Shown: positions 1 to 8,733 of the stretch, one piece after another
Numbering within the stretch: the stretch's first letter is position 1
Layout of the letters: every line of letters begins with the position of its first letter
Sequence record: MH115576.1
DNA length: 52,031 nucleotides
From: Acinetobacter phage AM106
Direction: 5' to 3' (one strand)
Notes under the pieces: generated by a model
Seen by the model: the letters and a program-made list of their open reading frames with translations, nothing else
Database searches by the model: none
What the model was told of the DNA's origin: nothing
Made by a program: the position numbers and the translations under genes

Positions 1-34
1 AATTTAAAAAAATAGAAGCAATCATGGATTGTAT

Positions 35-62
35 TAAAATTAAACCTATGATTTAATTTTGG
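35..62. promoter_or_regulatory. Putative CI/Cro operator: inverted repeat AAAATTAAACC-tatg-ATTTAATTTT in the cI/cro intergenic region. A related half-site (TTAAACC / GGTTTAA) occurs at 52013-52028.
   Basis: Dyad symmetry read directly; lies between divergent repressor genes (cI at window end, cro at 91). Confidence 0.3.
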
Positions 63-90
63 TGAAATCAATTAAAAGGGAGATTTAACT

Positions 91-321
91 TTGAATCCCA
101 TTAAATATGCTTTTGATGCTGTTGGTGGTCGATCTAAAGCAGCAGCGTTACTAAACCGTACATACATGGCCATGAGCAAGATGGAAAAACGAGGGGTATT
201 ACCAAGAACTGAATATACGGGCGAAACCAAATATGCCCAGATACTTGCAATTAATAGCGGTGGAAAGTTTACGGCTGAATGGCTACTTGAGAATGCTAAG
301 CCAGAGTCGTCTATAGCATAA
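91..321 (+). CDS. Cro-like small HTH regulator (YdaS/DUF1019-like). TTG start with strong RBS AAAGGGAG.
   Basis: 76 aa; first rightward gene, divergent from the cI-like repressor; 'AAALLNRTYMAMSKMEKRGVLP' is HTH-like; RBS at 75-82. Confidence 0.5.
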   Translation: MNPIKYAFDAVGGRSKAAALLNRTYMAMSKMEKRGVLPRTEYTGETKYAQILAINSGGKFTAEWLLENAKPESSIA

Positions 322-357
322 CTGACCTCATGAACAAATATCAGTTTAGGAACAACC

Positions 358-624
358 ATGACCAAACAAAAGCCAAGTGCAAAAAAGACGGTGTGCATGC
401 CGACACATTTATCTGAGCCTGTAGCTGAGCATGTGGCAAGGGAAGCATATGAACGAGGCTGGTCTAACAGCCAGTATTTAAGATGGTTAGCCATTCTGGA
501 TATGAAGCGTTGTGAAGATGACAAGAATCTTATGTCACAGGTATCTGGAATACCCAGAGAACGTTTTGATTTATATGAACAAAGAAAACAATCCGTTCGG
601 AGAGAACGCAATAAAAAAGCCTGA
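358..624 (+). CDS. Hypothetical early regulatory protein (CII-position)
   Basis: 88 aa ORF immediately after the cro-like gene; RBS AGGAAC; basic C-terminus. Confidence 0.3.
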   Translation: MTKQKPSAKKTVCMPTHLSEPVAEHVAREAYERGWSNSQYLRWLAILDMKRCEDDKNLMSQVSGIPRERFDLYEQRKQSVRRERNKKA

Positions 625-665
625 TGGTCAAGATCAGGCTTCTTAATTCACAAATTTAGGAACCC

Positions 666-944
666 ATGAATATGCAAACTAATTTATCAAATCAAACGTC
701 CAAACACAACTTACAAGAGTTTTTAGTGGGTGATGTAGTGGTACTTACTGAAGAGTGCCGTAGTTTTAAATCAAATGATTTGTTTGAAGTTAAAAACAAA
801 ACTTTGACCAGGTTGTGGACTATCAAATCAGAGAATCATTTGATTCTGGTTTCTTCAAAAGAAATCCGCACAGCAACAGTAGCAGAGCTCAACGCTAAAC
901 GCCGGCTAACAAGCGCTGAGCAAGCATTAGCGGAGGTGTCATGA
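666..944 (+). CDS. Hypothetical protein
   Basis: 92 aa ORF, RBS AGGAAC, stop/start overlap with next gene. Confidence 0.3.
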   Translation: MNMQTNLSNQTSKHNLQEFLVGDVVVLTEECRSFKSNDLFEVKNKTLTRLWTIKSENHLILVSSKEIRTATVAELNAKRRLTSAEQALAEVS

Positions 945-1237
945 ACAGCTTTACACACCAAATCAAAGATTCTCGCCAGCAAAGTGAAATCCAATCTTTC
1001 TATGAGCCTGCATTGCGAGTACTTGGCCACCTATTTGAGGTGAAAAAGCAAAATTTACGCAACAAGGGGTATGACGAAAATAATGCGGCGGTAACCAAAG
1101 TTGAATTTTCAGAGGCTATGGCTCGTCAATTTCGCATAACGCAATGGTTAGCACAGCAGATTGTAACCAGCTTAACCAAGGCGTGTTTGGTTGATTCGTT
1201 TGGTGGCTATGTTAAGCCAAAGGGTGGTGAAAAGTGA
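941..1237 (+). CDS. Hypothetical protein
   Basis: 98 aa ORF translationally coupled (ATGA overlap). Confidence 0.3.
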   Translation: MNSFTHQIKDSRQQSEIQSFYEPALRVLGHLFEVKKQNLRNKGYDENNAAVTKVEFSEAMARQFRITQWLAQQIVTSLTKACLVDSFGGYVKPKGGEK

Positions 1238-1590
1238 GATATGCAGCAAGAAGAAAACAGGATATTTCCGTTTCCACCACACCGCTAGAGGTGGTAATTC
1301 CACTGGAACAACCAGTAAAGATCTATTCGGCTAAAGAATTAGCAGCCATGCCACTTTCAGTTATGAATGCCGCAATTGAGGCTCAGGAAAGATTTTATCA
1401 ACTTGAGGAATTAACTCATATGGGGGGGGCAGGCTATAGCAGTTCGCCGTCTCATGAAGGATGGGCACAAACTAATTCAGGTGAAAGAAAAGTCTCGTAT
1501 TCGCTACAAAATCAACAACGAATTTATTCCTCCAAGAATTATTCGTCAGTTGGAAATGCGCGGTCTTGTAAAATTAGGAGCAGTCACTGA
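1234..1590 (+). CDS. Hypothetical protein
   Basis: 118 aa ORF coupled to flanking genes. Confidence 0.3.
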   Translation: MRYAARRKQDISVSTTPLEVVIPLEQPVKIYSAKELAAMPLSVMNAAIEAQERFYQLEELTHMGGAGYSSSPSHEGWAQTNSGERKVSYSLQNQQRIYSSKNYSSVGNARSCKIRSSH

Positions 1591-2519
1591 TGTATAAATA
1601 TCTCCACCATATCAGCGACTTTATGGTTGCTACAGCGCACCTTAGCCCAGTTGAAGAGTGCTTTTATCGCCGTGCTCTCGATTTTTATTATTTGAATGAA
1701 AAACCATTACCCAAAGAAACCCAGTCGGTTTTTCGTCGGTTACGTGCAAATACCCAAGAAGAAAGGGATGCAGTATTAATTGTGCTGCAAGAGTTTTTTG
1801 TGGAAGAGGAAGACGGGTTTCACAACAAACGTTGTGATTCAGAAATCGCCGCTTATCAAAAAGTAGGGGATAAAAATCGTGAAAATGGTAAGAAAGGTGG
1901 GCGTCCACGTAAGGAAAAACCAAAAGAAAACCAAAGTGAAGGCGACTCGGTTAATTCTGAAAACCCACAAAAACCCAGTGGGTTAATTTTGGGTTCTGAA
2001 AGTGAAAGCCAAAAAAACCTTAACCATAAACCGTTAACCGATAACCAATATATAGATAGTAGTAGTAATGCGCGTGAAGAAAATTCGCAATTTACACCAA
2101 TCCAATTTGCTCAGTATCAGATCGATGATCACAAGCGTTACTCAATGCGTGAATTCATTTCTGAATACAGCGAGTTTCAATACGATTTCATCTCACTTGC
2201 TCAACAAAGATTTGTTTCTGTACCTGAAATCGACTTGAGAACCATGATTCAAAATTTCGGTGACTGGTACTTTGCAAACGAATCAAGTTCGTTGAATACA
2301 CCAAGCATCTGGTTGGTTAAGTGGTTCTCTTGGGTTCAAAACAACGAGAAACAAGTTGCTGCAAACCGCAAGAAACAAGAGCAAATCACTTCAACCGGTC
2401 AAAAACCACAAGAGTCGGGTTACTTCGCTAATCTTTTTGAAGAACAGAGCGAATCTCAAATCGTGGATGTAACCCCAGCAAAAAAGTTTCCAATGATTGA
2501 GGAGGTAGGTCATGCATGA
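1590..2519 (+). CDS. Replication initiation protein (DUF1376/YdaU-like N-terminal domain, lambda O-position)
   Basis: N-terminal 'SDFMVATAHLSPVEECFYRRALDFYY' resembles DUF1376 phage replication proteins; basic linker; contains iteron-like repeats in its coding DNA (about 2020-2080). Confidence 0.5.
   Translation: MYKYLHHISDFMVATAHLSPVEECFYRRALDFYYLNEKPLPKETQSVFRRLRANTQEERDAVLIVLQEFFVEEEDGFHNKRCDSEIAAYQKVGDKNRENGKKGGRPRKEKPKENQSEGDSVNSENPQKPSGLILGSESESQKNLNHKPLTDNQYIDSSSNAREENSQFTPIQFAQYQIDDHKRYSMREFISEYSEFQYDFISLAQQRFVSVPEIDLRTMIQNFGDWYFANESSSLNTPSIWLVKWFSWVQNNEKQVAANRKKQEQITSTGQKPQESGYFANLFEEQSESQIVDVTPAKKFPMIEEVGHA
1960..2090. promoter_or_regulatory. Putative replication origin inside the initiator gene: inverted repeat AACCCAC..GTGGGTT, direct repeats TAACC(A/G)ATAA(A)CC x2, then an AT-rich tract
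   Basis: Repeats read directly at about 1968-1995 and 2021-2052; AT-rich 'aatatatagatagtagtagtaatg' follows. Analogy to lambda ori lying within O. Confidence 0.3.
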
Positions 2520-3261
2520 GATTACCTTGAGCGAAGTGCGTCAATTAATCGCTTCTCTTCGCACTGTTTACGCTGCTCAGTTCAATAAGCAATTTCCAGC
2601 AACAGGCGAAAGTGCAATTCCTCTGTCAGTGGTTGAGCAAATCGCACTTAAAACACTGGTTGGCGTTCAACAAAACCAATTTAACAACGCACTTGGTCGT
2701 TTACTTACAGCAGGTGGACGCTTTATGCCGTCATTTGCCGAGTTTCGCACCTGGTGTATCGGTGAAAGTTGGATGTCTCCAGAAGAAGCTTGGTCTCGCG
2801 CATGTAAGTTTACAACTGACCGTTCCGTGGTTATTACCCAAATCACTAAGTACGCCTTAGACGAGGTTATGTATTTGATCGAAGCTGGCCAAATGCGAGC
2901 AGCTCAAGATAATTTCTTCGGGACATACAACGTGATGGTGGCTAAAGCTCAGTTAAAAGGCCGTCAGCAAGAGTTTTACACTCCACCGCTACAACTAGAG
3001 CATAAAGAACCTGAACACACCCCAGTAAGCAATGACGAAGCGCAAAAGCATCTCCAATCATTGATGGAACGTTTAAAAATCAATGGTCGTAAACCTGCAC
3101 CAGTACAAAAGCTTAAGGCTAAGGAAAAAGAGCCAGAACTCAAACAAGAGCTAGGTCCAGATCCTTTTGACAATCCGCACGAATACGCTGAGATGTGCCG
3201 CCGTGAAGGTATGCCTATTCCAAGAAATATTCTTCAGCTAATTGATGGGGCGAATATATGA
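2512..3261 (+). CDS. Putative replication protein (partner of initiator, lambda P-position; function unconfirmed)
   Basis: 249 aa, start overlaps the initiator stop; no Walker motif seen. Confidence 0.3.
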   Translation: MHEITLSEVRQLIASLRTVYAAQFNKQFPATGESAIPLSVVEQIALKTLVGVQQNQFNNALGRLLTAGGRFMPSFAEFRTWCIGESWMSPEEAWSRACKFTTDRSVVITQITKYALDEVMYLIEAGQMRAAQDNFFGTYNVMVAKAQLKGRQQEFYTPPLQLEHKEPEHTPVSNDEAQKHLQSLMERLKINGRKPAPVQKLKAKEKEPELKQELGPDPFDNPHEYAEMCRREGMPIPRNILQLIDGANI

Positions 3262-3374
3262 ACAAATTCGAGATTTTGGCGTGGGGTTTACTCATTTCAT
3301 TATTCACAGCCGCTATTTGCGGTGCGGTGGTTTTGTGGTGGTTGGCGCGTAAAGAACATGATGAGGTGAAATGA
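3258..3374 (+). CDS. Small membrane protein (38 aa, single TMD); not in ORF track
   Basis: ATG at 3258 overlapping upstream stop; 'ILAWGLLISLFTAAICGAVVLWWL' hydrophobic helix. Confidence 0.25.
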   Translation: MNKFEILAWGLLISLFTAAICGAVVLWWLARKEHDEVK

Positions 3375-3772
3375 TGATTAAGGCTGAAGTTGTTGTTGAT
3401 GGCGACTGGTTGAAAATTGGTAATCGCAGTATCCGTATGAACCAATATCTTGATTGGGTTGTTCTATTAGACGGGGTAGCAGAAAAACAATTTCGCTTAC
3501 TTGAAGACGCTATCAAACATTGTTTGGAACAAAAATATGATTGGTCTGTAATTCCTGCACATGTCAACTTTATGGCAACAGATGAGGATGGGATGGCATG
3601 TGGTTGGTTGGTTGAGCCTCATATTGTTGGTAATGCATGGCGAAACCAATCTCATCTTTCAGCGTTTTTTAACTTAACGAAACGCCAAAACCCCTTCAGA
3701 GGTGATTGGAAAGACTCACTTGAGAAACGTCCTGAATATGTAGAGCCAGTGCTTAAGGATGGTGAAAAATGA
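3371..3772 (+). CDS. Hypothetical protein
   Basis: 133 aa ORF coupled to neighbours. Confidence 0.3.
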   Translation: MMIKAEVVVDGDWLKIGNRSIRMNQYLDWVVLLDGVAEKQFRLLEDAIKHCLEQKYDWSVIPAHVNFMATDEDGMACGWLVEPHIVGNAWRNQSHLSAFFNLTKRQNPFRGDWKDSLEKRPEYVEPVLKDGEK

Positions 3773-4176
3773 GTCATTTTCATGATGTGCAAACTATTCA
3801 GGTTGATAAAGACAAGCAGGTTATTCAATTCACACGCAAGCGTGAAATTAGTGAATGTGATCATGGCCATATCCAAATTTCTGAAGAAGACAGTGAAGTT
3901 TTATGCACTGACTGCAACACGAAATTAAACCCTGTTTTATGGATTGCCAAATATTTAGACCAATTGAATCAAGTCACCCAACGTAATAACAGAATGCTGG
4001 CAGAGGTCCGTGAAATACAGGCAAAGCTTGAAAAGAAAAATAAGTTTATGTGCAAACACTGCCATGAAGTAAACACTATTGATTTTAAGAAGCTTCCTTC
4101 ACAAGCAGCTGTAGTGCGCGGTATGGCCGTAATTGATCAAGAGTTTGACGGTATGAAAGTGGAGCATAGCCGATGA
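3769..4176 (+). CDS. Zinc-ribbon protein (CxxC...CxxC, H-rich)
   Basis: 'CDHGH...CTDC...CKHCH' cysteine/histidine pairs. Confidence 0.35.
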   Translation: MSHFHDVQTIQVDKDKQVIQFTRKREISECDHGHIQISEEDSEVLCTDCNTKLNPVLWIAKYLDQLNQVTQRNNRMLAEVREIQAKLEKKNKFMCKHCHEVNTIDFKKLPSQAAVVRGMAVIDQEFDGMKVEHSR

Positions 4177-4571
4177 AGTTAACTAAACAGCAACGTGCTG
4201 AGCTAAAACAAAAGTTTGGTGGACATTGCGCTTACTGTGGTGATTTGCTTGGCGATAAGTGGCATGCAGACCATATCGAAGCAGTGAAGCGAGATTTAAT
4301 TCATGTTGGTGGCGGTAAGTTAATTACGGGTGAAATGACTAGACCGCAAAACGACACTTTAGAAAACATGAACCCTGCATGTGTTCCTTGCAATACAAAC
4401 AAATCGTCTATGCCGCTGGAAGGGTGGCGGAGGATGCTCACACATTATCGTGATGTTCAGTTGTTACGAGATAGCACACATGCTCGTCATTTACTACGTT
4501 TTGGGCTGATTGAAATCAAATCTGAGCCTGTGAAGTTTTTCTTTGAGAGTTATAAAGAGGGCCAGTCATGA
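4173..4571 (+). CDS. HNH endonuclease
   Basis: 'CAYCG...WHADHI...N..PACVPCN..K' HNH motif. Confidence 0.6.
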   Translation: MKLTKQQRAELKQKFGGHCAYCGDLLGDKWHADHIEAVKRDLIHVGGGKLITGEMTRPQNDTLENMNPACVPCNTNKSSMPLEGWRRMLTHYRDVQLLRDSTHARHLLRFGLIEIKSEPVKFFFESYKEGQS

Positions 4572-4750
4572 ATAAACCATTAGAAACTTTTGATATAGAC
4601 GCAGCAAAGGCTCGCTACGAAAAATTACGAGGCCGATATAACCGGAGTGGGCTATCTAATACTGATTACAACGAGCTACTTCAATTAGAAAAGGCAATCG
4701 AGCAAGCAAAGAAAGTTAATGAAGGAGCGCCGATTGATGAGCGAAAATAA
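4568..4750 (+). CDS. Hypothetical protein
   Basis: 60 aa coupled ORF. Confidence 0.25.
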   Translation: MNKPLETFDIDAAKARYEKLRGRYNRSGLSNTDYNELLQLEKAIEQAKKVNEGAPIDERK

Positions 4751-5138
4751 GTTATCACCAAGACAGTTGGTACTCATTCGACGGGCAGCTGAAGATGCTA
4801 TACATGCTTGCAATAGACATTACGGCCCATTTGTTGACTATGTTGCTCACCCATTAAATATCATTTCATTGGTTGATATGGCGCAAGAAAGCCTACACCA
4901 GCAAGAGCTAATAAAACAAAAGGATACAGTAATAAAATTTGCTAACAGTATGGCGAATTTAGATCAACAGAAGTTCAAGGAATTACAAGAACGGATAAAT
5001 CTTGCCCTGCAACAAATACAAGGCAATTTGCAATATGTTGAGCAGGATAAGAGAGAAAACTTTGAATTTCTGCAAATGGCTATGATTCGAGCATTTAAAG
5101 AATTAGAGAAAGTGCTCAATGGTGGTGAGCCTAAATGA
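4719..5138 (+). CDS. Hypothetical protein
   Basis: 139 aa ORF. Confidence 0.3.
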   Translation: MKERRLMSENKLSPRQLVLIRRAAEDAIHACNRHYGPFVDYVAHPLNIISLVDMAQESLHQQELIKQKDTVIKFANSMANLDQQKFKELQERINLALQQIQGNLQYVEQDKRENFEFLQMAMIRAFKELEKVLNGGEPK

Positions 5139-5542
5139 CATCGATGAGTTTAGCGGATTATCACTCTAAATTTCCAAACGGCCATAAAGCTAAAAAGGGC
5201 CGTAATAAATTTAATGCTTCAAAAGTCACATTAGATGGGATGACTTTCGACAGCAAAAAAGAACTCAAGCGATATATCGAACTTAAAGCCATGCAGCAAC
5301 GCGGTGAAATCTTTGGATTAGAGCACCATGCAAAATTTGAATTGGCTCCTAAAACTAAGATAGAGGGGGAAAAGAGAACAAAGCCGGCACTTAGATATTT
5401 TGCTGATTTTACTTACTACCTCATCAATGGCGAGTACATCGTTGAGGACGTTAAGTCTATTGCTACTAGGAAATTACCTAGTTATCGCAATAAGAAACAT
5501 TTAATGAAAACTGTACACGGTATTGATATTAGAGAGGTTTGA
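5135..5542 (+). CDS. DUF1064-like phage nuclease (putative junction-resolving/Nin-region enzyme)
   Basis: 'KYHSKFPNGHKAKKGRNKFNASKVTLDGMTFDSKKELKRYIELK' matches the DUF1064 pattern as recalled. Confidence 0.4.
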   Translation: MTSMSLADYHSKFPNGHKAKKGRNKFNASKVTLDGMTFDSKKELKRYIELKAMQQRGEIFGLEHHAKFELAPKTKIEGEKRTKPALRYFADFTYYLINGEYIVEDVKSIATRKLPSYRNKKHLMKTVHGIDIREV

Positions 5543-5551
5543 GAAAAGTTT

Positions 5552-5836
5552 ATGAGCGACATTGAAACGGTAGGCTGGACGGCAGATAAGCGGTTTTTCA
5601 TATTAAAAATTAATATGGAAACGAGTTTGACTACAGATGATTGTGAGGTTTTAGCAGGATTGTTTGTTGAAAAATATAGTCTGGAATTTTCAGGCTGCCA
5701 GTTTCATGGAAAGCTCGCAGTGATATGTGGAGATAAAGTTTACGTGAATCCTTGGGCGCTTGATCAAGAAGCAAGTGTAGATGAACCAGTTGAGGAACTG
5801 TCATTTAGTGAGTTCCAAACGTTATTGAATAATTAA
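5552..5836 (+). CDS. Hypothetical protein
   Basis: 94 aa ORF. Confidence 0.3.
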   Translation: MSDIETVGWTADKRFFILKINMETSLTTDDCEVLAGLFVEKYSLEFSGCQFHGKLAVICGDKVYVNPWALDQEASVDEPVEELSFSEFQTLLNN

Positions 5837-5857
5837 GGTATAGGGGGTGCTTATCTT

Positions 5858-6421
5858 ATGACTACAGTTGTAATGGATTGGTCAAGATTTTCTATTTTTG
5901 AATGGTTCGTTTGTGGCTTAAACCCGAAATCACCTTCATTTGGTGCTGCGAACGTTAGATGTACTGATGGGAGGTCAATAGACTTTCATGACAAATTAGG
6001 GGTGGTAGCTGCAATGGGTGATCAACTAACAAAATCAGTTGCAATGGTCATTATGACCGAAGGAAAGTCCCAACGGGATTATGAATATGTTCGCAATCAT
6101 TTAGCTAAAATAATGATTGATGGAGCAGAGAAAGATAAAAGAAGAGAGCCTAAGGGGATAGCTATTTACCACTTAGCTTGGTTAATTGCTCGTATTGTTA
6201 TTGATTTTGCTTTAGATCCCGAATTAGAAAACGCACATAAGGATCCTGGTCGACTTGTTTATGCCGGCATTAGAAGTTTCCAAATGGATCCGGAGGTATA
6301 CCGCAAAACATGGAAACGATACGAAGATATGATGATTGCCGCGCTTAATGAAGAAATTTTAAAAGCTACTGTAATCGCTGAACGCTATAAGAAAGAAACC
6401 TTAAATGAAGCAAGAAATTAG
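5858..6421 (+). CDS. Putative late-gene regulator in the Q position (function inferred from position only)
   Basis: 187 aa; last early gene before a non-coding stretch with an intrinsic terminator and the start of the late/accessory genes. Confidence 0.25.
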   Translation: MTTVVMDWSRFSIFEWFVCGLNPKSPSFGAANVRCTDGRSIDFHDKLGVVAAMGDQLTKSVAMVIMTEGKSQRDYEYVRNHLAKIMIDGAEKDKRREPKGIAIYHLAWLIARIVIDFALDPELENAHKDPGRLVYAGIRSFQMDPEVYRKTWKRYEDMMIAALNEEILKATVIAERYKKETLNEARN

Positions 6422-6540
6422 TTTCCACTTTTGTGCTATTTGAGGTATAGTTTTATTAAATTGGTCGAAGTATAAATTAGACCAAATTGCATTTAAAAGC
6501 TCATCTAAACAGGTGGGCTTTTTTATGGCCTCATTAAAAG

Positions 6541-6571
6541 CTCGGGTCCTTAAGGATACCGAGTTTTTTTA
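6541..6571 (+). terminator. Rho-independent terminator (stem CTCGG..ACCGAG + T7)
   Basis: Hairpin plus T-run read directly. Confidence 0.5.
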
Positions 6572-6601
6572 TTTTTAGTCTTAATTCTAGGAATAAACAG
6601 C

Positions 6602-6832
6602 ATGACTATGACAAACGCTGAATTAGAGAATGAAATCAAAGCTCTAAAAACTCAAATTACATCTCTTCAAGGAACTGTTAGCAATAAAGCTGATGCTACA
6701 GCAGTAAGTGCTTTGAATGCCCGAGTTACTAGTGTGGAAGGTGTAAATACAAGCCAAGGTAATTCAATCACTACTTTGAATAATGGCTTAAATGCAGTTT
6801 CGACACGTGTTACTGCATTAGAAAATAAATAA
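6602..6832 (+). CDS. Small coiled-coil protein paralogous to the repeat unit of the giant tail fibre J ('KADATAVSALNARVTSVEGVNTSQGNSITTLNNGL')
   Basis: 76 aa; the same motif (KADxxALNxLxxRVxxxEGxITSQGNSITxL) recurs 8-9 times in the 30088-40557 protein; own RBS; flanked by two near-identical terminators. Confidence 0.5.
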   Translation: MTMTNAELENEIKALKTQITSLQGTVSNKADATAVSALNARVTSVEGVNTSQGNSITTLNNGLNAVSTRVTALENK

Positions 6833-6839
6833 ATAAAAA

Positions 6840-6871
6840 ACTCGGTCCCAAATGGAGACCGAGTTTTTTTA
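6840..6871 (+). terminator. Rho-independent terminator (stem CTCGGTC..GACCGAG + T7), near-duplicate of the one at 6541
   Basis: Hairpin plus T-run read directly. Confidence 0.6.
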
Positions 6872-7017
6872 TATCGAGTAAAACTGGGGACGAAGTACTG
6901 CGGTAACAGCACTTCGACCTCCTGACAGATGTAGCCTGCCAAAAGCCAAGCCCAGCTATCGTGCACACGATTTGCGAAGGCTATCAAAAATATAAGCTTT
7001 TGCACAGGAAAATTTTT

Positions 7018-7788
7018 ATGAAATCAAAACCAATAATTCCATGGCAAGGTGGTAAAACCCGTTTGGCTAAGGATTTGTTGTGTAAGTTCCCAGAACATTC
7101 ATGTTATGTGGAATTATTTTGTGGTGGAGCAGCATTATTCTTCTTAAGAGAAGGACCAGCAAGAACTGAAGTAATAAATGATCTGAATGGCGAGTTGGTA
7201 AATCTGTACCGGGTAGTGCAGAACCATTTAGAAGAATTTGTGCGTCAATTCAAATGGTGCATTTCAAGTCGCCAGATTTTTGAATGGGAAAAACTAAAAG
7301 TACCAGACACACTAACGGATATTCAGCGAGCTGCAAGATTTTATTACCTTCAGCAACATGCGTTTGGTGGTAAGGTTTCTGGGCAGACATTTGGATATGC
7401 AACAACAGGCCGCTCTTTAAATCTCTTGCGGATAGAGGAAAGTTTAAGTGCAGCACATTTGCGTTTGAATGGAGTCTATATTGAAAACCTGTCCTGGGAT
7501 ATTTGCTTTGATAAGTATGACCGGGAACATACATTTTTTTATGCTGATCCGCCGTATCTAGATACAGCAGGTTATGGAGTAGATTTTCCATTAGATCAGT
7601 ATGAACTTCTTTCTGAAAAGATGAAGACTTGCAAAGGGAAGGTAATGCTATCAATTAATGATCATGAAAAGATTCGTGAAATCTTTAAAGGTTTTAATTT
7701 TGCATGTACTTCAATTAATTATTCTGTTGGTCGTGATTTGGCTGCTAAGAGTAAGAAAAGTAATGAACTGATAATTATGAATTATTGA
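7018..7788 (+). CDS. N6-adenine DNA methyltransferase, Dam/D12 class (orphan)
   Basis: 'FCGGAALFF' AdoMet motif and 'FYADPPYLDTAGYG' DPPY catalytic motif; RBS AGGAAAA upstream of ATG 7018 (ORF track start 6961 is probably an extension). Confidence 0.8.
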   Translation: MKSKPIIPWQGGKTRLAKDLLCKFPEHSCYVELFCGGAALFFLREGPARTEVINDLNGELVNLYRVVQNHLEEFVRQFKWCISSRQIFEWEKLKVPDTLTDIQRAARFYYLQQHAFGGKVSGQTFGYATTGRSLNLLRIEESLSAAHLRLNGVYIENLSWDICFDKYDREHTFFYADPPYLDTAGYGVDFPLDQYELLSEKMKTCKGKVMLSINDHEKIREIFKGFNFACTSINYSVGRDLAAKSKKSNELIIMNY

Positions 7789-7836
7789 TCTCATAATTTG
7801 GTTTAAAAGTTTGCCGTAATAATTGCGGCGCAAACG

Positions 7837-7877
7837 GCCCCTCTAAAAAATGGTTATTGGAGGGGCTTTTTCTTTTT
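7837..7877 (+). terminator. Rho-independent terminator after the methyltransferase (stem GCCCCTC..GAGGGGC + T-run)
   Basis: Hairpin plus TTTTTCTTTTT read directly. Confidence 0.55.
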
Positions 7878-7889
7878 GGAGAAATAAAA

Positions 7890-8093
7890 GTGCGTATGAG
7901 CCGATTATTACTAGCCACAACTGCTGGATTAATGGCCTTAAATACAAAACTAAGTGTTTTAAGCGCCTTGGTTGCATCATGTGGACACGCATCACCTTTG
8001 AGCTGTAAGGCAAATACAGTAAAGAGTAAACCTAACAAACTAAGTCAAAAGAAAAAACGCCTTATTGCTCGTCGTCTTAATAAACATAAGTGA
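7890..8093 (+). CDS. Small, highly basic putative lipoprotein (lipobox VASC; mature about 37 aa ending 'KKKRLIARRLNKHK')
   Basis: GTG 7890 with RBS GGAG at 7878; hydrophobic signal 'LLLATTAGLMAL...LSALVASC'. Confidence 0.4.
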   Translation: MRMSRLLLATTAGLMALNTKLSVLSALVASCGHASPLSCKANTVKSKPNKLSQKKKRLIARRLNKHK

Positions 8094-8102
8094 GCTGGAT
8101 AA

Positions 8103-8276
8103 ATGGACAAAAACGAAGCTAAAAAAAATCTGGATAAATATTCACAGGAACTTGAGCGTTATCAAAATCTCTCCAGATCGGGTCTTAGCCGTGATGAAAT
8201 GTTAGTTATCGATAGAATAATTCTTAGATTAAAAAAGCAAGTTAATAATTTACGGACGGCCTTATATGGACAGTAA
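8103..8276 (+). CDS. Small coiled-coil protein (57 aa); not in ORF track
   Basis: ATG 8103; stop overlaps the start of the next gene (coupling). Confidence 0.3.
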   Translation: MDKNEAKKNLDKYSQELERYQNLSRSGLSRDEMLVIDRIILRLKKQVNNLRTALYGQ

Positions 8277-8733
8277 CGATTATTTTTGGCTTACAAGAAA
8301 AAAAGAACCAAGAACAAAACCAAAAAGCCGCCCATTACCCAAAGCAACTCAAAAATACCTAGAAGCTGAAGAAGAATTTACTCATGCATTAGATGTGCTT
8401 GAAATCAAATATGAAAAGAAATTTAAGTTTAAATCTACAAAACATTGGCGATTTGATTTTCATTTAATTGAACATCGTATTCTGGTCGAAATTGCGGGTG
8501 GTCCATGGTCAGGTGGTCGAAAAGGTAAGCTCAAAGATAAAGCTTGGAGTATGGATCGATACGATGATGCTGAAGCAATGGGATATACGGTTGTTCGGTT
8601 AGAGGCAGCACCAAGTTTTAAAATTAATGAATCTGGCCCGTTACAGATACAAGCTCATTTTGCTAGTCAGTGGCTTAAAAACTTAAAGAGGCAAATATTT
8701 AATGGATCAGATCAGACCGTTTCCACCAACTGA
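8266..8733 (+). CDS. DUF559/Vsr-like PD-(D/E)xK-fold (restriction endonuclease-like) protein
   Basis: 'RFDFHLIEHRILVEIAGGPW...DRYDDAEAMGYTVVRLE' parallels the DUF559 pattern (hhDF...hhIE.DG..H...D..R...L...Gh.VhR). Confidence 0.45.
   Translation: MDSNDYFWLTRKKEPRTKPKSRPLPKATQKYLEAEEEFTHALDVLEIKYEKKFKFKSTKHWRFDFHLIEHRILVEIAGGPWSGGRKGKLKDKAWSMDRYDDAEAMGYTVVRLEAAPSFKINESGPLQIQAHFASQWLKNLKRQIFNGSDQTVSTN

Noticed and set aside
3215-3567. Two minus-strand ORFs (76 and 84 aa) overlapping the rightward early genes
   Set aside because: They are antisense to coupled + strand genes, have low-complexity Ser/Thr/Asn-rich translation and no RBS.
6961-7017. N-terminal extension of the Dam ORF (MHTICEGYQKYKLLHRKIF)
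   Set aside because: No RBS is present, whereas ATG 7018 has AGGAAAA at ideal spacing. The extension overlaps the terminator and promoter region.
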